The position numbers were made by a program, and so were the translations under genes. A DNA stretch of 64,000 nt from Trichodelitschia bisporula (lineage: Eukaryota). Positions 12,001-20,800 of the stretch are shown here, one piece after another. Numbering within the stretch: position 1 is the stretch's first letter; each line of letters starts with the position of its first letter. Location: positions 231,873-295,872 of the forward strand of contig ML996689.1 of NCBI GenBank assembly GCA_010356995.1. The letters run 5' to 3'. Below the pieces are notes generated by a model that ran no database searches, had not been told where the DNA came from, and saw only the letters and a program-made list of their open reading frames with translations.

Positions 12001-13208
12001 AGAAGTTCGACCCGGGTACCAATCAGGCAAGGCGCCTTTTCCCGCTCGTATGGGTTGGATGGTGTGTCTGCGGCCCTGGGCAAGTTTAGGAGCATTGCCG
12101 GCGCGGGTGGATCTTCTGGTATCTCGACTTTGACCGGCGGGAGCAACAACAAAAGCTCTTTAGCGTACGCTGCCGCCGTCCCCGCCGCGAATGGCTGCCA
12201 GCTCTTGTTCTTGTGAGAGTCCGAGTAGTCGCAGATTCCCCGCACAGGCAGACATGGAAAATCGTTCATCACCCCGGCGGCTTCCATTTCGAAGCACAGG
12301 ACGCCTCCGAGTTTCTCACTGACTTTGTCTCGTTCCTTGGCATCGCGCATGACTTGATTCCCCGAAGCGATCGTACCATAGTGAACCAAGACATGTTCAC
12401 CACGCGTCTGGCGCCGCACGCTATATTCTTTCTTGCAATTATTGCAGTTTTCCTCTTCCTCCTCATGGTTGTACGCAGGGTCGTATAGGATATCTGGCCC
12501 GGCCTTGTCGCGAGCGAAAAGAGACTGGCTGCTGAGCTTTGCAAGGTGATGTAGGAAACCAACGCTTCCTTTCAGATGGCTTGCTTTCAGACTCTTCAAC
12601 GCGCTCAGCAAGGCCTTTGGGGGCGCGTTCAGGAATCCAGTTCGTTCAACCCCGTCAGGCCTGGTCTTGCCCAAGTCGTACTGAATCACTCCGCCACAAT
12701 CCTTGGACGGCCAGCAAACAACAACGTCCCCAAGTCGGATGTCGGCTTTTGCGCTCGGCACACCGCCTCCGATGCCGACCAAGACGCCGAATTGAACCGA
12801 AGTGAAAGTTGACTTCATTTGAGCAACCGCCGAGGCCGCCGAGTTTGTGCCCATCAGCCCCAAGACCATGATGACCGTATTGTGTTCGCCAACGCGGCCG
12901 AGCGTGTAGCTATTGGGATCGGACGCGTCCCGGGGGAGAGGTTGGTGCTCTTCGTCGAGCATCTCCTGGGCTGCTGCAAGTTCAATGTCAAGCGCGCAAA
13001 TCCACCCTACTGTGTAGTCTTCGTGACGAAGTCGGCGGGTTGGCTTCCTGTCGGTGGTTCTCTGGAGGGCAAGTGGTAAGGTTGAGGTCTGGCTGACGTT
13101 GCTCGCGGGGGCAGGTGTGGTGGTCTCACCAGCAACAGGTGAGGGTCGTGAAAGACTGGAAGAGGCATGGAAGCGGCCCCGTGTCCAGATCCGCTTTGCA
13201 GGTGGCAT
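9073..13208 (-). CDS. Fungal NLR: PNP_UDP_1 nucleoside-phosphorylase effector + HET-E-like NACHT + WD40 array (copy 1). Intron 10512-10562; WD array partly in N gap 9295-10210.
   Basis: PNP_UDP motifs YTVGWICAL..E, VGIGGGVP, IRLGDVVV, HYGTIASGNQV, CFEMEAAG, RGICDYSDSHKNKSWQ. NACHT P-loop GLAGTGKST and Walker B VVDALDEC. WD repeats LEGHSKAVSAVAFSPDGKQLASASWD. First ATG at 13208; an upstream exon is possible. Confidence 0.92.
9295..10210. other. Assembly gap (916 N) inside the WD40 repeat array
   Basis: The same 44-nt WD-unit sequence flanks both sides (9251-9294 and 10219-10262). Confidence 0.97.
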
Positions 13209-13662
13209 CTTGGAAATAATGATGCTAGTCAAGAAATTGCGGACTTGTGAAAATGCAGGAGTGGAACTGGAGGTTAAAGGCGAGGCTTTGGGGCTTCGAG
13301 CTGAGCTCAACTGCGGGGCAGAATGCCAAGAATGAGGCTGTGAGCTGTCGGGCGCGGAGAGGACGAGATTGGAGACACAGCCACATGCTACGGGGCATCA
13401 AGTTCTCCTACGAACTGATCAGTTCATAGACGAAGACTTCGCTGGAGGACATACCCAGTTGTTCATCCATGTTGCACCGCCCACGCTGCTTGCGTCGTCT
13501 ATGCCCGCGTCGTAGGTGCTGTACGGGATATCGAGACTGACCAGGGCTCGAGCATAAACAGGCTCGGGAGGATGCCGGAGTGGCGGTCATGGTTTTTGGT
13601 GGGAGTTTGGCAGCGTAGTGAGGGACAGACGGAGCATATAGACTGTTCTGATTGAGGAGATA

Positions 13663-13804
13663 TGTTGAATTTGTAGCGGCAACCTGGGGTGGCTGGAGCG
13701 GAGCCAGGAGACAGGGATCGTCTCCTGGTGAGGTATATAGTCAGCTCACTTCCCACTGTTAGTCAACTAAGCAACTCAGTCATGTTCACACTTCATTTTA
13801 AACA
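13663..13804 (+). mobile_element. Solo LTR (same family as Copia 3' LTR 16171-16311) with 5-bp TSD AGATA
   Basis: TG...CA termini; AGATA at 13658-13662 and 13805-13809; the paralogous site near 22835 is empty with a single AGATA. Confidence 0.93.
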
Positions 13805-14243
13805 AGATATGTAGTTGATTCTGTGGCAGAGGTGGCCGGATAATGTGTAAGATGGGTGTTAGCAAGCGTCCTGGTGCTGGATTAAAGGCTCAATTGGAGT
13901 TGAGCAGACGACATCATATCAGTCATACTGCATCGTGTCTTCAGCGCGGGACTCGAGAAACGTACAGTATCATGGAACAATTGAGCCCGCGGGAGCGTGC
14001 GGCCATTCCAACTGCGAAGGAAAGGCCTCATCCCCATCGAGGAGAAACGATTGTCCATCCACAACTCCACAACTTGTCGTCAACAGACCAACATTGGCAA
14101 AAGGTTGAAGGGATAGACGGCGCCTAGCTTCCCCTCGAACTAGCCTAGCGGCCCCTCCCGTCAATCAAGCGGCCCCATGTGGCCCGTATCTATCGCATTC
14201 CCGGCCTCGCAAGTACTCCATCCCACCACCTCTTCGTTTGCGA

Positions 14244-14417
14244 TGTTAAAAGGGGATGTGTGATCAATGGAAACATCACAGCATCATAAGTTGGACCAAA
14301 GGTCTGTCCATGAACAAGTTGCTTAATTGTCAAAGAGGTGGGGATCTCGAGTCTACTTATACTCGAGCGCTGTGGCTGAAACTGGGTGAGGCTAAACACA
14401 GCCACCGCATTCCAACA
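14244..14417 (-). mobile_element. 174-bp LTR, inverted copy of LTR 14812-14985
   Basis: TGTTAAAAGGGG...TTCCAACA is the reverse complement of 14812-14985. It marks the point where homology between the two large repeats ends. Confidence 0.9.
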
Positions 14418-14985
14418 GCGACAACCAAGGAGCGATCGCCCTGGCCAAGAACCCGCAGTTTCACCCGAGAACAAAGCACATAGGCATTCAGCACCACTAC
14501 GTCAGGGAGAAGCAGGCATCCGGAGAGATTGACCTCCAGAGAAGCGGGTTGCTGATGGCCTTACAAAAGCCTTGCCAAAGGATCGCTTCGAACAGTTCAG
14601 GGAGGCATTGGGTCTTGAATGGGCTCGCACCAGGTGAGGGGGAGAAGGGAACCATGAGGATCGGTCTATCTGCCGCCCCTCCTTGTGTAAGTCCAGGCAC
14701 TCTTTCCCTCACAGAGGGTTTTAACGAGGCCTGGCCGTCTGTCCATGTGGGAGCTTCGTGTCTTTGTGAGCGTACCCCTGGCCTTTTCACTGGGTTTCGT
14801 CTGAGGGGGAGTGTTGGAAAGCGGTGGCTGTGTTCAGCCTTACCAAGTTTCAGCCACAGGGCTCGAGTATAAGTAGACTCGGGATCCCCACCTCTTTGGC
14901 AATTAAGCAACTTGTTCATGGACAGACCTTTGGTCCAACTTATGATGCGGTGATGTTTCCATTGACCACACCTCCCCTTTTAACA
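14418..14985 (+). mobile_element. Ty1/Copia 3' fragment 1: RNase H remnant, PPT and 3' LTR (14812-14985)
   Basis: DNQGAIALAKNPQFHPRTKHIGIQHHYVREK. Polypurine tract GAGGGGGAG lies immediately before TGTTGG...TAACA. Confidence 0.9.
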
Positions 14986-16311
14986 GATCGTGCCAGCACC
15001 CGATGACTTCCAGGCCCCTCAGAGCCTCAAGACCTGGTACGCCAAAGCGATCGGTTGCCTCATGTATGCCATGCTTGGTACTAGACCCGACATCGCATAC
15101 GCTGTCTCCATCTGCAGTCGCTTCCTCGCGAACCCCGGACCCCAGCACGAAACGGCGGTCAAGAGGATCTGTCTGAGGGTTCGTCGTGGAAACTAGCAGT
15201 GGCTGCTGCTCGAGCCAAAACCAATGTATCAATTGATCTCTGACTGACTAGCTCGACCTCCGAATGAGGTCGGGAATGAGTGACTATATACACAACGTCT
15301 GACTTCCAGCATCTTCCATCGATCTGACCAATTTGTCAGGAAGAATACTCCAGATACTCAATTTGTCATCATAGAAGATTCTAGATCTTCATCCCGCAGT
15401 GGCTGGGTGTATACCGTCATTGCTCAGTCTGACAGGATCTTTCGCTACCTTCGGGGCACCATGGAGGTGGAACTTGTGTACCGCGGATCGCTGGAGACTC
15501 TGGCTGGTTACACCGACTCTGACTGGGCTGGGGATTCATCCACGAGGCGATCAACGGCCAGATACATCTTCAACCTCGGCAGTGGAGCAGTAAGCTGATC
15601 ATCGAAGCGCCAGAGTGTTGTTGCGTTGTCATCATGCGAAGCGGAATACATGGGGCAGACGCAAGCAACAAAGGAAGCTGTCTGGTTGCGCAACCTACTC
15701 AAGGAGCTTCTCAAACACGATGAGCCAGCAGCTACTGTCATCTTCGGAGACAACCAAGGCGCCATCTCGCTGGCAAAGAACCCCCAATTTCACGCCAGAT
15801 CGAAGCACATCGCCATCCAGCACCACATTGTACGCGAGAAGCAGGCGGAGGGGGTCATCGACATGCGGTACATCTCGACGAAGGAGCAGATCGCTGACGG
15901 ACTCACCAAGACCTTGCCAAAGGATCGCTTTCCGGCTTTCAGGAAAGCCTTGGGGCTGGAGTGTCGCTTTGGGCGGGAACGCAATGGGTAAACGCTTCTG
16001 GCACTCTTTCCCCTCGCTTTTCCCACAGGATTTTTGAGGGTTTAATGAGGCCAGACACTGCCAACCCCTTCTTGTTTTTGTCTCTCTTGGAGTTTATTCC
16101 ATCCCGGGACATGGGAGGCAGTGGGAGCTCACTGTTGGTGCACTTCCATCCACCTCGGTTTGAGTGGGAGTGCTGAATTTGTGGCGGCAACCTGGGGTGG
16201 CTGGAGTGGAGCCGGGAGAGAGGGGTCGTTTCCTGGCGAGGTATATAGTCAGCTCACTTCCCACTGCTAGTCGATCAAGCAACTCAGTCAAGTTCACACT
16301 TCATTTTAACA
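14986..16311 (+). mobile_element. Ty1/Copia 3' fragment 2: RT C-terminus and RNase H pseudogene, PPT and 3' LTR (16171-16311)
   Basis: IGCLMYAMLGTRPDIAYAVS, GYTDSDWAGD, in-frame TGA at 15596-15598 (expected Trp), SSCEAEY, DNQGAI, QIADGLTK. GAGTGGGAG precedes TG...TAACA. Confidence 0.93.
15170..15434. mobile_element. 265-bp solo LTR inserted in Copia RT, TSD GGATC
   Basis: TGTC...GACA termini; GGATC at 15165-15169 and 15435-15439. Excision restores AVKRI-FRYLRGT. Confidence 0.93.
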
Positions 16312-17479
16312 GAATGCGAGAAACAGCAGGAGTATTGTGGGATCAAAGATGAGCTCCACTGTCTCGGTAAGAATGTGGGCGGTTCTTGTAGAAGATTATT
16401 AGCATGCAAATGCCAAACTGAAGTTACTTACGATCTGGGATTTCGCTCGTATCCTTTGTGAAAGACAAGGTTTGATTTCCAGAACCAGCTTCTGTCTCAT
16501 CCGTTCGGAATCGCGGACTAAGAAGAGCCTGACATGCTCATAACGAAGAACTTTGGGTAGTTCCCCATGACCTTGTTTGGCGTACACCGGCTCTAGCAAT
16601 GCCGCTGGCCTTGTTGCCGTAGCCATCGAAATCAGTATAACCAAGGTGACTTGGACTCGTAACCTCTCGTTGGTATACTGCAGTCTGTCCCATTTCCAAA
16701 GGTGGTTGAGAAGGATGGCCATATCGGCAAAGCTTAGGACAGGCTTCTGTTAGACGGATTCCCATTTGTTACAGCCTTCTGATATTGTAAGTTCCTGTAT
16801 CACTTCGCGCCCGGTATCTTTGTAGCCGGTATCCGTTAAGCGCTCGGGATTGCTTACCTCCGTTGTCTTGTTTCATCGTATCTTTGGCTCGACGCCACTC
16901 CTGTTTCATATTTCCTATATAGTACGAGTTGCCCACATGGTACACTCGACAGTTCAGTCTACGTCAATCAACAGAAACCTTTGTTTCATCTGTTCTCAGC
17001 TTCTCCAGTCCAACAGCTTCGGCTGCCGTTCTCTACTGAGTCCATGCTCAGAGGCTAGATTCAAAGAGATGAACTATACAAAATTAGTTTCGAGTTTATC
17101 AAGATGAGTCTCTTACTGAATTGACACGCCTCCTGTCCTCAAGGCTCCACACTCGGTGATGTGGTATTTGTCTTCGAGCGGCGTGCCACCGGTCATAGTA
17201 GACGTTAATAGTTATCTCTTTTCGGATTCCCTTTCGCGTGTCCAAAGTCCATTTCAGGAACAACATAACCAGCTCAGGGTCAGCCTCCGCCATACACTTT
17301 TCAGGGTCACTGAAAAGTGCATCTCCATTAGGAATATCGGAGGTTCGTGCAGCTTCACAGAACTCTTTCCATTGATGGCGGGTTCGGCTCAGGTTGTGTT
17401 TTGACGATTTTGAGTATCTTGCCTCCACTCGGCAGCTTTTCAGCCTAGAGAGAAGGTGAGCGAAGTTTTGCGTCGACAT
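16312..17479 (-). pseudogene. DUF3435 tyrosine recombinase (Starship captain), truncated. Introns 17116-17074 and 16431-16385; solo-LTR insertion; one frameshift near 16473.
   Basis: Reconstructed peptide ...WKEFC...FLKW...FISLNLASEHGLSRERQPK|PVLSFADMAILLNHLWKWD..YTNERLRVQVTLVILISMATATRPAALL...LRYEHVRLFLVR...LEI/NLVFHKG...ELIFDPTILLLFLAF matches the DUF3435 pattern (ER.RVQ, TxxRP, KG, FDP...LAF). The C-terminal half is lost at the Copia LTR. Confidence 0.85.
16748..17015. mobile_element. 268-bp solo LTR inside captain exon 2, TSD GCTTC
   Basis: TGTT...AACA termini; GCTTC at 16743-16747 and 17016-17020. Removal restores RQPK-PVLSFAD. Confidence 0.92.
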
Positions 17480-17816
17480 TTAGATCGAGGGCAGAAGGTT
17501 GACTTCTGAACCTGCAGTGGTCTTCGGGGATATTTAAGTCAGAGCATTAACTAGTTTACCTCCTAGCCCTCCTAAGGACCATCTAACAACGCCCCTACCG
17601 AAGGCATCTAAGGACGCCTTATTCGTCGTCCTGGAAATTTGAGAAGTTGAAAAGAAGAATCGACAATTCCCTTACGTAGTCGCGCGCTTAATAATGGCAA
17701 CTTTCATTGGACGATATTCGCCAAGCCTGATGACAAAGGATATATGACGGCAGTGTAAATTCAGAGTTTTACCAAATTGGGACGCGACCATAGATACACT
17801 CTCTGATCTATGGCCG

Positions 17817-20800
17817 CGTTCCGCATTAGGAAGTCCGGATTAGGACACCGCCCTCGGCAGCACTTTAATACGGGTTACCTCATTATATTATCCTCGCAAA
17901 AATACTGTGCTATGCTTGGCCGGCTAGATTTGAATTCGAAAACGTCTTATCTATGACCTATGTCCGTACCCTTAACTCAATGAGGAAAGTGCTCAATCTA
18001 GACTAGCCTATGCATTGTCATTCTTGCTAGCCAATACTTTTCTCTGCCTTGCCGCTAAATCCAGCGCCAGATTTCCTTCAACTGGAAATTACTGACGCGC
18101 TAAGTGATTTTAGATGGGCAGTAACATGTGCTCGTCCCGCCCTCCGCATTGAACCACAACGCCTGCCTTAACTCGCCCCGTCTTCGGCCTGTCGCCGGCT
18201 CCCCTCTCCAGAACCGGCCCGGTTGGACCTGCAAGCGAAGTATCATGAGTATCGGAAGGGTCATATCTCAATTAAGCGAGGGCGCCTGTTAGGACCCCTA
18301 TTCCGTCTTCGCATTGTTAGCTCTGCCTCAACGTGACTCAGGCAACCCTACCCCGCACTCCGATTCTCCGAGTGGGGTGGCTAGGGGGCTAAGTGTGGGG
18401 TTGCACCGTGGTGAGGGAAGGGAAGACGAGCCGAGGCAGTGGCGCAGGTGGCGAGTGGGTTGGTGGCACGGGTGAAGCTGGTGGCGCGGGTGGAGTTGGT
18501 GGCGCGGATAGTGATGGTGGCGCGGGCGGAGGTGGCGCTCAAGAATCGGGCTCTCTGTGTAGGGTCTCGGATGACAAACATAGGATTATCCGCCTAGCAT
18601 CCCAACACAGCTTCACGTCTTTATCAATGGAGGCTAATGAGAGGACATGGTGTACGTGACCGTCTCCCTTTTCCGGCTTTGATCAGGTTGAGCTAGGGTC
18701 TGGTCCCGTCTTCATCAACGCTCTGCTTGACGCAAGAACTGGGAGTGGAAAACATTGAACACAGCCACTACATTCCATCATACCTTCTCTGTGCACTGAA
18801 GGAATGGTTGATTCCAGATGTTTCCAGATACCCGTTGCATTGAAGCCATTACTTCACTGATCTGGCGACATTTTTGTACGCCACTATTACCATTTGCTAA
18901 TGGAGAGCTTGATTTTAAAGCCGTACCATTCCCATTTGTAACCCTTTGCCACTTTCACTCTCAAAGAGGTATAAAAGGGCTAAGACTGCACCGAAGGTGG
19001 GTGGGGAGGGGGTTAAGAGAAATTTTAGCAATTGAATTCCATGCACAGCATTCGACCAGACGAATACCCCAAGCCAACCTTGCTTCCGTGAACGGCGACA
19101 TGTAGCGGATTGCGATACTCGACTGGAAGCCAAAGACATTTTCCGCACCTATGGTCATCCATTCCCCGACAATTCTGAAACGTGGAGGATCTGATCCGGA
19201 ACCTGGCAACTGCTTGCCGTCCTGCCAGAATGCCACGGCGTTGATATCCGAATGGCCCTCGAGCGTCTGCAGCGCCTTTCCCGAGCCGGCGTCCCACAGC
19301 CTGACCGTCGAGTCCCACGATGCCGACGCCAGCTGCTTGCCGTCCGGCGAGAAGGCCACGGCGCTGACCCCTTTCGAATGGCCCTCGAGCGTATGCAGCA
19401 AGGCATCCCAGTTGTCCCTAACCTGCGGTAGGCCGGGCATCCACAGAGGCATTTGGCTTTGAAACTGCCATTTTACAAGTCTTGCTGCCGGAGAAAATAC
19501 CAGCGCACTGCAATATGTCTGCAAGGCAGCTAGTTCGATGCTGACCGGTTGTAGAGGACAAATCGTTTCATGTCATGAACAAACTCCGATAGTTGGGACA
19601 CCTCTGCGCCTAAGCCAAGTATCAGCCAAGTATCCCCACTCTGCTTTACGTCCAGCTTACCGATATCATGGACTCCAGAGACGCGATGGCATGAAACCCT
19701 TCAGAAACCTTCTGCATCCAGCCAAGCGCCTCAAGCCAATGAAGGAGATGCTTCTTTAGAAACCGATGGACTTGGTCGTCATCTCTAAGCTGAGAACCGC
19801 CCTTCTCAAAATGCTGCGTCCGTCCCTGCGCCTTCACCCAACGAAGGAGGCGTTTCGGCAGGGACCGAGAGATTTGGCCGTCATTTTTAAGCTGGGAGCC
19901 GCCCTTCTCAAGATGCTGGATCCAGTAGAGGCATGCGTACTGAACTTCGGGAGGAGGACATCGGTCGACTTGACTCGGCTCTGTATCTGTTGCAAGTGCA
20001 CCTGGTTGGCCGATCTCCAATTGGTCCTGCTTCAGGAACTTACACATCAGGTCCATGCAATTTGTAGCAAGGGTTTGATGCGCTTGCTCCTCGTCTACCC
20101 AGAAACCCGTATCTCCGCTTCTCCTCGAATCGAGAAGGAAGTCACGAAACGAAGGATGATGTAAGCGGAGTGCATTGGCTGGCTCTTCTGGAATGTCCAA
20201 AATTGCGTGAAGATCATTCAGTGCCCCATTCACTTTAGATTGGGGGATTTTGAGAAGCCCACTCAAGGATTGGGCGGAAAGTGAATTGAACAGGACCACG
20301 ATGCTTCCAAGCAGTTCCTTCAATGTGGATCGCAGCTTCTCTGCATCATCGTCTTCATAGTCGGTAAGGGATTGGCGAAGAACAGTCGCGTAGATCTCGT
20401 CGAGATGCTTCTCTGGCGCTTTCACAGTACTATGGCTTTGGTCGAGAATCAAGCTCAGTTTCTCGGGAGCCAATGCTTTTCCCTGTCGAATAAAGCGGCA
20501 TGCGGTTTCGGCCCAGATGAACAGGCCACTGGCATTCCGGACAAGAGAGTCGATGTCTTGCTCGCCTGGCCAATCTTTGTCAAAAGAGCGTCCCCGGGCT
20601 AGACGTTCGAGCTCGTGCCGTAGGAAGAAGCGGATATCATTGTCAACAGTCGACTTCTCAATTCTGTGGAGCACAAAATCCAGGTGCTCGCTTGTTGGCA
20701 TTTCGGATAACGGAGACCGGATTGACACTTCAGGTCTACTCGTTAAAAACAGCCGGAGCCGGGTTTTCTTCAGCAACCGAAAGAGATCCAGAATTCCCCC

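Larger units (their letters stand above)
7844..14243. repeat. Long direct repeat, copy 1 (paralogous to ~17808-23270)
   Basis: Colinear throughout, e.g. ctatggtcgcgttccgcattaggaaatccggattaggacaccg vs ctatggccgcgttccgcattaggaagtccggattaggacaccg. Homology ends at ...caccacctcttcgt(t/c)tgcga. Confidence 0.95.
7853..17804 (-). mobile_element. Starship-like element, unit A: captain remnant, Copia nest and PNP_UDP-NACHT-WD40 cargo
   Basis: Bounded by 5S-like cores GACCTATGGTCG (7841-7852) and GATCTATGGCCG (17805-17816). A DUF3435-like gene starts ~330 bp inside one end and points inward. The subterminal ACGCGACCATAG (17782-17793) is the inverted complement of the other end (7844-7855). Confidence 0.85.

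Noticed and set aside
14240..14421. GCGA on both sides of LTR 14244-14417 as a target-site duplication
   Set aside because: Only 4 bp, whereas the other LTRs here have 5-bp TSDs. The two flanks are unrelated (element DNA vs Copia RNase H), so this is more likely chance or a recombinant LTR.
18381..18661. Pro-rich / WD-like minus-strand peptide (GHVHHVLSLASIDKDVKLCWDA...PPAPP), also at ~8425-8700
   Set aside because: Short, interrupted by stops in both copies, and the similarity is too weak to call a gene.
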